A DNA stretch of 64,000 nt from positions 24,421 to 88,420 of the forward strand of contig CAIWXQ010000002.1 of NCBI GenBank assembly GCA_903916675.1, in the 5' to 3' direction. Position numbers and translations under genes: made by a program. The stretch is from an uncultured bacterium (GTDB taxonomy: Bacteria; Verrucomicrobiota; Kiritimatiellia; RFP12; CAIWXQ01). The notes beneath the pieces were generated by a model. It searched no databases, had not been told where the DNA came from, and was given only the letters and a program-made list of their open reading frames with translations. Shown here one piece after another: positions 42,992 through 53,696 of this stretch; the stretch's first letter is position 1; each line of letters starts with the position of its first letter.

Positions 42992-44305
42992 TCAATTATC
43001 CGCTGCGGTCACGGGCTCAATCGAGAGCCTGTGCGTGATTGGCCGGAAGGCGCCGGTCACCAGGGAATGATGGGCGGCACATTTGGCCGCCACCTTCTCC
43101 CGCAGCAATTTCACGGCGTTGGCGACCGCCTCCTCCGGCGCGAGCGAAGTCTGCAGGTCGGCCAGTGTCGCAAAATACGTCTTGATCAGCTTGGTCTCGT
43201 CCCCCTGCTTGGCCGTCACAGCCGCATCCACCTTGCCGAACGCATCGCAGAACGGGTTCGCGGGAAACTCCGCGGCCAGGTTGATGCCGCCGGCCAGCTG
43301 CTCGCCCGTGAACACCTTGCGCGACGTCCCCCATGTCACGGCGATTTTTGCGGCCGCAGGATGCTTCACCACCAGCGTCAGCCGGTTCAGTTCCTGATTG
43401 AACGGCACATACGGCAGGATGCTGAGCGTCGAATCCGGCGACTTGCCATCGCCGGAGAAACAGAACGGATAGCGGCGGCTTTCGATCTCCATGCCGTGCG
43501 CATCCGCCGCCACAATCCTGTGCCCGGCCGTGACATCCCCCTTGCCAGTCTGCCTATCGAACGTGAAGGTGCCGATCTGTCCGCTGAGCCCCATCGCGCG
43601 CAGGAAGGCATAGGCCATGACCACATGACCGTTGCCCGCCGGGTGAACGCCATCCGGGCCGCAGAGATGATACGCTTCGCCGTAGGCGGCCTTGGCGCCG
43701 GCCATGGCCCGCATCATCGGCTCATGCACGTTGGCGAACGGCATGCCATGTGCCGCCGCCTGCTCCTGCGCGATCTGCGCCAGATGCGCCAGCGTGTCAT
43801 TGTAGACGACGGCGCCACCGCCGCGCGGGCCGTAGGTCGTGGTGTCCACGGCGCCGGGCGACCCCACGATCACGCGCACATTGGATTTCTGTGCGCGATC
43901 CAGAAACGCCTGCAGGTTGGCGCGATAGGCGGCGCCGGTCTTGTCGTCATACGCACGATAGCCGCCGTCGTTCATGCCGTAGCAAATGGTGACCAGATTC
44001 GGCTGGAAACCGAACACATCCCACTCCATCCGCTGCAGAAGCCCCGGCAATTTTTCGCCGGACCAACCGATCTGCACGCACCAAAGCTCCAGCTCCGGCA
44101 CGCAGACCGTCAGGTAATCCTCGATGAACCGCGAATAGCGCTTCTGCTCGGTGATCGAGTCGCCGGCAATGACGATCCGATCTCCTGGTTTCACCGCCAG
44201 TCCGGCGGCGGGCACATCCGCCGCGCCGATACCGGTCGCCCACGACAGTGCAAGAACCGTAGCAACCTGCACCAATGCCCATCGACCTTTCCCGCTCGTC
44301 CGCAT
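42992..44305 (-). CDS. Secreted SGNH/GDSL-family hydrolase
   Basis: 437 aa with a signal peptide. Block I IVIAGDSITEQ and block III ICYGMNDGG. Confidence 0.75.
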   Translation of the reverse strand: MRTSGKGRWALVQVATVLALSWATGIGAADVPAAGLAVKPGDRIVIAGDSITEQKRYSRFIEDYLTVCVPELELWCVQIGWSGEKLPGLLQRMEWDVFGFQPNLVTICYGMNDGGYRAYDDKTGAAYRANLQAFLDRAQKSNVRVIVGSPGAVDTTTYGPRGGGAVVYNDTLAHLAQIAQEQAAAHGMPFANVHEPMMRAMAGAKAAYGEAYHLCGPDGVHPAGNGHVVMAYAFLRAMGLSGQIGTFTFDRQTGKGDVTAGHRIVAADAHGMEIESRRYPFCFSGDGKSPDSTLSILPYVPFNQELNRLTLVVKHPAAAKIAVTWGTSRKVFTGEQLAGGINLAAEFPANPFCDAFGKVDAAVTAKQGDETKLIKTYFATLADLQTSLAPEEAVANAVKLLREKVAAKCAAHHSLVTGAFRPITHRLSIEPVTAADN

Positions 44306-44719
44306 ACGACCTCCTGAATTCCGCTTCCGGCATTTTTGTGATCACATACTCCGCGACGCTCGGGCTGAAATGTCCGTCGGCGGAACAGGAGCCCGCAGCC
44401 GCTCTTTTTTCATCCATTCGAGCGTACCGGGACCGCCCCTGATGGTCAAACGCAACTTTGGCAACAGACTCCCCGGCGGCATGCCCTGCTTTTGCGGCAA
44501 CGAGAGATCGCGGATGGTGCAGACAAGGCTGGCGCGTCCTCGCGCCGAACCCGGGAACGGGAAAGGACGTGCCATGGACTGGGGGGTTGCGGCGAGGACG
44601 CCGCGCCCTACCGCCTCTGCAGCTACACAATATTTCTCTTAACAGCACAATCGCGCAAGGCCCTCATCCGTTTTCTATTGCGTTGCGGCCCCCTGGGGGG
44701 GGTGTGCTAGAGTGAAATC

Positions 44720-44923
44720 ATGGTTGGTGCATCGGTGCAGACAGGCGCGACGGCGGGCACGAACCGCTCCAGCCGGCGCAAGCGCCGCGGACAGGCGATG
44801 ATCGAATACATCGTCGTGTTTGTCGCCCTGTTTGCCACGGTGATCTCGCTGGCGGTCCTCCTGTACGCCGTGCGACAGCAATCCAACCGGACGCTCGACC
44901 TGGTCGCCTCGGATTATCCGTAG
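44720..44923 (+). CDS. Flp-type (type IVb, Tad) prepilin, long basic leader
   Basis: 67 aa. ...RRKRRG|QAMIEYIVVFVALFATVISLAVLL fits the Flp G/XXXXEY processing motif plus a hydrophobic helix. The mature part is about 43 aa. Confidence 0.7.
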   Translation: MVGASVQTGATAGTNRSSRRKRRGQAMIEYIVVFVALFATVISLAVLLYAVRQQSNRTLDLVASDYP

Positions 44924-44960
44924 CGACCGACGCAGCGAAAACAGGAAAAGGAGCCAGAAC

Positions 44961-45197
44961 ATGCACACACGCTTCGGCAACCGGCGCGGCCAGACAATGG
45001 TCGAGTACATCATTATTGTCGTCCTGATCGCCATCGCGCTGATCGTCCTCTTCTCCAAGCTGAGCAAGGCTGTCGGCACAAAGGTCGCAGGCGCCACTTC
45101 CTCGCTCGACGCCACCGCGGGCGGCGAAGCCGTCACAGCCCTCAACAACATCGACGAAAACAGCCTGAAGAACCTCAAAGAAACGGGCATCCAGTAG
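44961..45197 (+). CDS. Flp-type prepilin, short leader and extended C-terminus
   Basis: 78 aa. MHTRFGNRRG|QTMVEYIIIVVLIAIALIVLF. The mature part is about 68 aa. Confidence 0.8.
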   Translation: MHTRFGNRRGQTMVEYIIIVVLIAIALIVLFSKLSKAVGTKVAGATSSLDATAGGEAVTALNNIDENSLKNLKETGIQ

Positions 45198-45225
45198 CCT
45201 GGGAACAGGTTCGGAACGGAACGGC

Positions 45226-45888
45226 ATGCGACCCGGAGATCAGTGCGGGGCGCGAAGTCCCAATTCTCGCCGCGGACAGGCGATGATCGAGTCGTGTATT
45301 GTCATAGTCTTTCTCTGCCTCTTATTTCTAAGCCTGTTCCAGTTCATCCACGCCAACGTGGCCCGCGAGTTTCTTTATCACTCCGCTGCCTGCGCCGCGC
45401 GCGCCCGGACCGTGGGCCTCAACCAGTGGATGGTTCAGAAAGCCATGCGCGTGGCTGCCATACCCAATGCCGGGACCCTCACCCAGCCCGCGGTCGACAA
45501 GACCGACTGGAGCCTCGTCAAAGCCCTCGCCACCAAGGGACCCGGCCGGTTGTGGGACTTCGCCCTGCGCTCCACGTCGCAATCCCCAACCCTGGGCATT
45601 GAACTGGCAAGAGTCCCCTTCTATCTGGAGAGTGACAACCAGCCGGACGCAGACGAAACCCTCAATTACGATCGCTGGGATTCCATCACTCTGGACGCCT
45701 CGCCGATCCCCAACAATGCCAACAGCCTGACCGCTCTGGTAAAGCAGCCGCATGGCCTGCTGGCCGGCCTGGAATCGCTGGCAGCAGGCAAGCTCGATCC
45801 ATCAGACAACACCACCAATCTTCAATTGAGCGCTTCTTATACCATCGAGGCACACTATTCACTCTACCTGAATGATAAGAACTGGTGA
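45226..45888 (+). CDS. TadE-like pseudopilin
   Basis: 220 aa. SRRGQAMIESCIVIVFLCLLFL is a G/XXXXE motif without Tyr, followed by a hydrophobic helix. Confidence 0.7.
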   Translation: MRPGDQCGARSPNSRRGQAMIESCIVIVFLCLLFLSLFQFIHANVAREFLYHSAACAARARTVGLNQWMVQKAMRVAAIPNAGTLTQPAVDKTDWSLVKALATKGPGRLWDFALRSTSQSPTLGIELARVPFYLESDNQPDADETLNYDRWDSITLDASPIPNNANSLTALVKQPHGLLAGLESLAAGKLDPSDNTTNLQLSASYTIEAHYSLYLNDKNW

Positions 45889-46054
45889 CGCAACGGACAG
45901 AGATACAGGAACCCGCAATGGAGGAGCGCCACCCTCCATTAGAGCGGGTGGAGGTAGGACGCGCAGTCCCGTGCGCGCCGCGGCGGCCAAGGGACTGGCC
46001 GCCCTACCACGTGGGAACCAACGGACACATACTTTCTTAATCTGCTCTCACGCC

Positions 46055-47479
46055 ATGCCCCATCTCATCCAGATAGCACTCCGCCGCGGCAACCGCCGCG
46101 GGCAGATCGCGATCTTTCTGCTGCTGCTTCTGACGGTTTTGGCATTCGTCTTCCTCTGGCACGTCGACATCCACCGCATCGTCACCGGAAAAACCCGCAG
46201 CCGCAACGCCGGCGACGCGGCTGCGCTGGCAGGCGCGCGCTGGCAGGGGATCGGTCTCAACCTCGTCGGCGAACTCAACCTCCTGCACGCGATGGCCCTC
46301 TCCGCCAACGACGCCGTAGCGGTCAATGCCATCACCAACATGCAGGCCCGCGTGCTCTTTACCGCCCCGCTCATGGGGCTTGCGGCCGCACAGGTCGCTG
46401 CCAAGAACAACGGTATGTACGCGGAGGCTGCCTACGCCCGACTCATCCTACAGCACGCCGCCGAAGTCCGGCATTACGGCGACATCATCGGTGGCGTACC
46501 GCTCTTCGTCCAGCCGTTCGACCGCGCCTGGGAGGAATACGCCACCCTACTCGAGGCCATCGCCAGCGACGGCATTGCCGCTGGTCCGGACAACACCTTT
46601 CTCTACGGCGACAGCACCGGCGGCCACATCCTCCTCGACCGCAACTTCTATACCGCCGTGGCATGCAAGTGGTGGTGCTGGTTCTTTCTGTACCACTCCG
46701 GGCTGCTGCAGGCCTATACCGACTACCACTGGTGGCCGCCCCTGCCGCCACCCGATCCGCGAATCTTTTTCAACTCCGAATATCTGCCGCTCTGGCTGCG
46801 TCCGGACACCGTCCAGCTCCGCGCGATCCTGAGCACCGCCAGCCTGCTGGACGAGGCCGCGCGCGATGGCGTGAACATGACCGGCTTTATCGAGACCAAC
46901 GTCATGTTCCGGAACGAAACCTGGTATGTGTATAATTCCTGGTGGGGTCCCTGGAGCCTGATGGACACGAACACGTTCCCGCTCGCCGGCACGCTGAAAC
47001 CGGAATACGACTACGCCGGTGCAGACGTAATGATGCGGGTCCAGGCATCCATCAACCGCATGACGCCGGGGCTGGACAATTCATCCGGCAGCAACAGCAT
47101 CCTCTGGACCGCGGCCGCCAAGCCGTTCGGCGCCCTCGGCGCCGGCACCGCAACCCCCCTCGTCCCCGCTGCCTACGGGCTCGTGCTCCCCTGCTTCTCG
47201 GCCGTGCGGTTGATCCCCATAGATGCCTGTTCCGGCTCCGGAAACGGCTCGTTCGACATCGGCTGGCGACAGCATGTCAACGTGCACCTGCCGATCTACC
47301 TCGCCTCCGGCGTCACAACCCCCGGATGCTGGTACTGCCAGCAGCTCGTGACCTGGGAGATCCCCGCGTTCCGTCAGGAAGGGATCGCCTGGCTTTCCAC
47401 CAACAGCTACCGATGCACCCTTCCGTCGCCAGGTGGCGGAGGGGGTGGCCACGGCGGCGGCTCACCCCACGGACATTGA
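46055..47479 (+). CDS. TadG/Tad_N-like pilus-associated protein (atypical)
   Basis: Start chosen at ATG 46055 (MPHLIQIALRRGNRRGQIAIFLLLLLTVLAFVFLWHVDIHR...NAGDAAALAGAR is Tad_N-like). Trp-rich body and C-terminal PGGGGGGHGGGSPHGH. No DxSxS vWA motif seen. Confidence 0.65.
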   Translation: MPHLIQIALRRGNRRGQIAIFLLLLLTVLAFVFLWHVDIHRIVTGKTRSRNAGDAAALAGARWQGIGLNLVGELNLLHAMALSANDAVAVNAITNMQARVLFTAPLMGLAAAQVAAKNNGMYAEAAYARLILQHAAEVRHYGDIIGGVPLFVQPFDRAWEEYATLLEAIASDGIAAGPDNTFLYGDSTGGHILLDRNFYTAVACKWWCWFFLYHSGLLQAYTDYHWWPPLPPPDPRIFFNSEYLPLWLRPDTVQLRAILSTASLLDEAARDGVNMTGFIETNVMFRNETWYVYNSWWGPWSLMDTNTFPLAGTLKPEYDYAGADVMMRVQASINRMTPGLDNSSGSNSILWTAAAKPFGALGAGTATPLVPAAYGLVLPCFSAVRLIPIDACSGSGNGSFDIGWRQHVNVHLPIYLASGVTTPGCWYCQQLVTWEIPAFRQEGIAWLSTNSYRCTLPSPGGGGGGHGGGSPHGH

Positions 47480-47496
47480 TTTCCCGGCAAAACGCC

Positions 47497-48030
47497 ATGA
47501 ACCAGCCACCACTCCATACGCCTCGCGCCGGACAAGCCATGATCGAGCTGATGCTCGGCATGATCCTGATCCTGATCCTGGTGGCTGGCACCATACAGTT
47601 CATGGTGGTTGCCTTTGCGCACGCCGGCCTCGACGGCAACCTCCGGGGAGAGGTCGGACTCCTCGCGCTCTCCCCGCAAGCGTTCCAGGACACGCCGCGC
47701 TACATTCAGACCTGGGATCCGGGGGCCGACGGCCAGCGCCTCACGGCTGATGACCAGGCCAAGCTGACCTCGTCACGCACACTTGCCGTCATTGCCAACG
47801 ACAGCATAGTCCAGCCAACCGACTGGAACTTCCTCAATGCGCTGTCCAAAGGCTGCTCGCTGCAACAGATCGACCAGTCCGCCGCGCCCGAGGCAAACCT
47901 TGGCTTCGTGAAAAAGACCCAGGCGCTCTCCGTATCGGTTTCCGACGTGGCCCAGAATCTGTTCTATGCCAGCGACACCATCATCGTGAAAGAAGAGGTC
48001 TGGCTTCCCATCCTGAACGGATTGTATTGA
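47497..48030 (+). CDS. TadE-like pseudopilin (second copy)
   Basis: 177 aa. MNQPPLHTPRAGQAMIELMLGMILILILVAGTIQF. This is the in-frame tail of track ORF 46942..48030. Confidence 0.7.
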   Translation: MNQPPLHTPRAGQAMIELMLGMILILILVAGTIQFMVVAFAHAGLDGNLRGEVGLLALSPQAFQDTPRYIQTWDPGADGQRLTADDQAKLTSSRTLAVIANDSIVQPTDWNFLNALSKGCSLQQIDQSAAPEANLGFVKKTQALSVSVSDVAQNLFYASDTIIVKEEVWLPILNGLY

Positions 48031-48047
48031 AGCCGCTCCGTTGTTAT

Positions 48048-48782
48048 ATGCGCAACACACCGTCCAACCGTGTTTCCGTCACCACGGCGTTTCGTTGCCT
48101 GCTGTTGCCCGGCCTGCTGCTCCTCGTCGGTTTTGCGACCACCGCGCGCGCCGACGTCTTCCTGCGGCTGGGACGCGGCACGCTGGCCCTGGAGCAGCTT
48201 GGCGGACTGCTGCTGCAGCGCGCGGACGTCCGCATCAACGGCCAGCCCGGCAAGCTCGCGGTTTACGGCTTCGAGGCAGATGCTGCCACACTCGCGCCCG
48301 ACCTGCGCAAGGCCCTCCCGCTGCCAGAGCTGCAGACCGCCGACGCTTCCCTTGCCACACACGTCGCCGACGGCCGGGCCACTTCCCTGCTGCTGCTGCC
48401 CGGATCCGGCCCCCGCAACTGCCTGGCCATCCTGATCGAGCAGTCGGCCGACGCCTGGCGCAAGTCCCGCGAAGCCCCTGTTGCCTGGCCCGGCGGCCTG
48501 GCCTGCCCCGGCGCCACGCCGACCTTCACGGCTGAGAACGAGCAGACCCGCACCGCGCTGATTGTTGCTGATTCGTTGGATTCGCCTGAAACCGCAGCTG
48601 CCCGCATGGACGCCGTGCTTTCGGCAGCCGGCTGGACGAGCCTCCTGCCGAAAGCTGCCACGCCGGGGCTGGTCCTCTACACGCACAGCAACCGCGTCTG
48701 CGCCTTCAGCGCCATTGCCGGCGAGGCCCCCGGCAGCCGGACCCGGATTACAGTATTGCAGCGCAACGGCACCGCGCCGTAA
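48048..48782 (+). CDS. Secreted hypothetical protein embedded in the Tad locus
   Basis: ATG at 48048 (MRNTPSNRVSVTTAFRCLLLPGLLLLVGFATTARA|DVF). A TTG at 48027 overlapping the previous stop is an alternative start. No recognisable domain. Confidence 0.6.
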   Translation: MRNTPSNRVSVTTAFRCLLLPGLLLLVGFATTARADVFLRLGRGTLALEQLGGLLLQRADVRINGQPGKLAVYGFEADAATLAPDLRKALPLPELQTADASLATHVADGRATSLLLLPGSGPRNCLAILIEQSADAWRKSREAPVAWPGGLACPGATPTFTAENEQTRTALIVADSLDSPETAAARMDAVLSAAGWTSLLPKAATPGLVLYTHSNRVCAFSAIAGEAPGSRTRITVLQRNGTAP

Positions 48783-48815
48783 GATGCTGCCACTAACAGG
48801 GAGTGCTTCACGCCC

Positions 48816-49640
48816 ATGAAACAGCGCGTCATTCTAATCGTATCCGTCGTCGTCGGCCTGATCGCCGCGTTGCTGACCGGCCAGTACCTCAGCGCCAAGG
48901 ACCGCGAATATCAGGCATCCCTGGCCCGCATCACCCGGGATAACCGGATGATCGAGGTCCTCGCCGCCAAGCGCGTCCTCCCGGCCGGAACTGTACTCAC
49001 CGCGGATGACGTGGGAAAAATGAAGGTCGCGGAGAGCGCCATCCGCGGCCACGGCGTGGAGGAGCATGACTGGTATCAACTCCGCAGCCGGAAGCTGCTC
49101 CGGACGCTGCAGGCGAACACGCCTGTCTACTGGTCCGACGTCGAAGGCGGCGACCCGATCGGCCGCGGCCTGTCCGACGACATCAAGAGCCGCCAGCGCG
49201 CGATCTCGATCAGTGTCGGCGGCTCCGCCGCGGTCAGCGGCATGGTCAAACCCACTGACCACGTGGATGTGCTCGGCACCTTCACTTTCCCCTCGACCAC
49301 CAAGGCCGGCGAGATGGAGATGGTCACGCTCACCATCATGCAGGACGTGCTGGTCCTGGCCACCGGCCGCGAGACCGCCAAAACCCAGGCCGCCGCCATT
49401 GACCGCAACGCCTCCGCCGGCGGCTACAGCACCGTCACAATCGAGGTCACCCCCCGCGAGGCTGAGATGCTCGTCTTCGCGGAACAGGCCCGCGGCCGCC
49501 TGGTCCTCACCCTGCGCAACCCAGCAGACATCGAGTATGAGAAGGACCTGCCGCGCGTGGACTTCAGCAAGATCCAGGAAGAGATCAAGACGCTGAACGA
49601 ACACCGCCAGCAGAAACTGCTTGGCAAACCGCTCCGCTGA
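48816..49640 (+). CDS. cpaB: Flp pilus assembly protein CpaB/RcpC
   Basis: 274 aa. N-terminal TM anchor, SAF-like segment (VLAAKRVLPAGTVLTADDV) and RcpC-like beta domain (ISISVGGSAAVSGMVKPTDHVDVLGTF). Confidence 0.8.
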   Translation: MKQRVILIVSVVVGLIAALLTGQYLSAKDREYQASLARITRDNRMIEVLAAKRVLPAGTVLTADDVGKMKVAESAIRGHGVEEHDWYQLRSRKLLRTLQANTPVYWSDVEGGDPIGRGLSDDIKSRQRAISISVGGSAAVSGMVKPTDHVDVLGTFTFPSTTKAGEMEMVTLTIMQDVLVLATGRETAKTQAAAIDRNASAGGYSTVTIEVTPREAEMLVFAEQARGRLVLTLRNPADIEYEKDLPRVDFSKIQEEIKTLNEHRQQKLLGKPLR

Positions 49641-49667
49641 TCTCCCGCACCGGACAGGGTTCCCTCC

Positions 49668-51397
<1,730 letters not shown>

Positions 51398-51401
<4 letters not shown>

Positions 51402-52279
51402 ACATGGTCTGGCTCATCGACGCCTGCGTCGGCGGCAGCGTAGCCGGCCTTGCGTTCGTTTTCCTGCGCGCCTTCACGGCCGGCACCCAAGCCTACGCCG
51501 ACGAGCACGCGCAGCAGACCGCCCGCAACTTCGAGGACATCTTCCTCTTCATCCCGCCCCGGCGCATCGCCGAGATCGCCTGGGCCTGCGCAGCCACGGT
51601 CTTCCTCCTCGTGGCCTGGGTCTTCTTCCGGATCGACAATCCGACCTCCACCACGGTCGGCCTCGTGCTCGGCGTGGCCTTCGGTCTGGCCGCCATCCGC
51701 CTGCCCGACCATGTGCTCGTCCTGCTTCGCGAGCGGCGGCGCGTGCGCTTCAATCTCCAGCTCGTCGACGCCCTCTCGCATATGAGCAACGCGCTCAAGG
51801 CCGGCTTCAGCATCAACCAGGCCTTCGAAACCATCGTCGAAAACGGCGAGAGCCCCATCGCCCAGGAGTTCAGCCTCTTCCTGCAGCAGATCCGCGTGGG
51901 AGTAAGCTTCAATGAGGCGCTCACCAACATGGAGCAGCGCGTCGGCAGCGACGACCTCACGCTCGTCTGCACCTCGATCGACATCGCCCGCCGCACCGGC
52001 GGCAATCCCACCGAGATCTTCGACAAGATCAGCCTCACCATCCGCGAGCGCATGCGCATCGAAAGCCGCGTGCGCACCCTCACCGCCCAGGGGCGCCTGC
52101 AGGGAATCATCGTCGGCGGCATGCCCATTCTCCTCGGCGTCGTCCTGACCTTCCTGCGCCCCTCGCTGATGCTGCCGTTTCTTTCCTCCTTCGTCGGCAT
52201 GGTCTCCGTGGTCGTCGTGGCAATCCTGCTGACCATCGGCGCACTGATCATCCGCAAGATCATCCGGATCGACGTATGA
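51398..52279 (+). CDS. tadB: TadB-like inner-membrane platform protein (T2SS-F family)
   Basis: 293 aa. ATGA overlap with cpaF. T2SSF-like helical domain between TM segments. Confidence 0.8.
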
Positions 52280-53184
52280 ATGCCATCGCCACATTCTGCG
52301 CGTGCTGCTGGGGTGTCGCGCTCGGCGGCTTTGCCTGGTGCTGCCTCCAGGTTGCGCGCGAGATCACCTACGTCACGCTGGCGGATGGCCGCCGCCAGGA
52401 GCGCTCCATCCCCTTTGTCCTGCGCCTGCTGCTGCCGCTGGCCGGCAACGTATTCCCCCTTGTCTCGCACCCCTCATTCGCCCGTACGCGGGAGCAGGCC
52501 GACCGCCGGCTCGTGGCCGCCGGGTTCGACGGCGTCCTCGACGGCCGCGAGTTCCTGGCCCTCAGGTTCCTCGTGCCCATCACGTTCGGCACGCTCTGGT
52601 TCTGCCTGCTATACGGACTCACCCAGGCTTTCCCCTCCCTCGAGGAGAATCTCTTCTGGTTCACCCTGCTGGGCGTGCTTTTTTTCGCCCTCTACCCCAG
52701 TCTTTGGCTCAAGCAGGCGCTGGGCACGCGCCACCGCGCCATCCAGCGCGCGCTGCCGTTCGTGCTCGACCTGCTGACGCTCTCGGTCGAGGCTGGCATG
52801 GATTTCATGAGCGCGCTCCAGCGCAACTGCGAGAGCCGCCGGCTCGACCCCCTTAACGAGGAACTGATCCGCATGATCCGCGAGATTCAGCTCGGCACCA
52901 CGCGCCGCACCGCGCTCGGCAACATGTCCCGCCGCGTAGACCTGGCCGACCTGCGCTCCGTGACCTACGCGCTCATCCAAGCCGATGAGCTCGGCGTCAG
53001 CATTGGCGCCATCCTGCGCATCCAGGCCGACCAGATGCGCCAGCGCCGCTTCGACCGCGCCGAGCGCCTTGCCAACGAGGCACCGGTCAAGCTCCTCCTG
53101 CCGCTGATGCTCTTCATCTTCCCCTGCGTCTTCATCATCCTGCTGGGCCCCATCCTCCAGCAGTCTCTCGGCCGGTTCTTCTAA
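52276..53184 (+). CDS. tadC: TadC-like inner-membrane platform protein (T2SS-F family)
   Basis: 302 aa. ATGA overlap with tadB. LPFVLDLLTLSVEAGMDFMSAL is typical of T2SSF. Confidence 0.8.
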   Translation: MNAIATFCACCWGVALGGFAWCCLQVAREITYVTLADGRRQERSIPFVLRLLLPLAGNVFPLVSHPSFARTREQADRRLVAAGFDGVLDGREFLALRFLVPITFGTLWFCLLYGLTQAFPSLEENLFWFTLLGVLFFALYPSLWLKQALGTRHRAIQRALPFVLDLLTLSVEAGMDFMSALQRNCESRRLDPLNEELIRMIREIQLGTTRRTALGNMSRRVDLADLRSVTYALIQADELGVSIGAILRIQADQMRQRRFDRAERLANEAPVKLLLPLMLFIFPCVFIILLGPILQQSLGRFF

Positions 53185-53348
53185 TCCGCCAAGGGCAGGC
53201 GGGACACCAGAATCGCAGCGGGCGCCGAGAAGATTCCAGATTTCTGACATTGATGATCCTGGACTCTGGATTGGTGTCTGCTGAATAGGGGGAGCCGCTT
53301 TGCATGAGGAAGGCAAGATGAGCATGCATTAGCCCACGTTGGCTGCAT

Positions 53349-53462
53349 GTTACAAAATGTAACGCTTGTAGTGGTTTGCGCCGCTGTTACATTTAGCGTA
53401 TTCATTTGCGCAGCAATTAGTTGAAAATAAATTTGCGCCATTGCGCCCGTTTTTTTGTTACA
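53349..53462. repeat. Cluster of GTTACA/TGTAAC and TTTGCGC motifs in an AT-richer tract
   Basis: Palindrome gttacaaaatgtaac (53349-53363). Further gttaca at 53386-53391 and 53457-53462. tttgcgc at 53375-53381, 53405-53411 and 53432-53438. Confidence 0.45.
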
Positions 53463-53696
53463 TGGTTTCTCAGCCATTATTCTGGGTCGTGCGGTCTGTT
53501 TGACTGGTTGCCGTCTTTACTGGTCGCAGGTGAAAAAGGGGCTGAAAAGTGGACTGGTCGTATAGTCGAAAAGGGTCGAAACGTGTCTTCAAGTGTCCAC
53601 TAGGCGGCGACGGGAACAGAAGGCCAAAGCCCGCGAAGTCCTTCGGAAAGTTCGCGTAAAGTCGGTACGTGTCCCGACATGTCCACAACTGGGAAT

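Noticed and set aside
44468-44482. A 9-nt match (ccggcggca) to the tRNA-Asn 3' end, considered as the distal att direct repeat of a Tad-carrying island.
   Set aside because: The match is too short and too GC-rich to be significant in this composition, and it breaks down on both sides.
43947-44648. Minus-strand ORFs (233 aa and 77 aa) in the 414-nt gap upstream of the Tad locus, considered as a decayed transposase fragment marking an island border.
   Set aside because: Only a vague resemblance (…LLPKLRLTIRGGPG…) to IS5-type N-termini. There is no DDE motif and no terminal inverted repeats, and most of the longer ORF overlaps the SGNH hydrolase gene.
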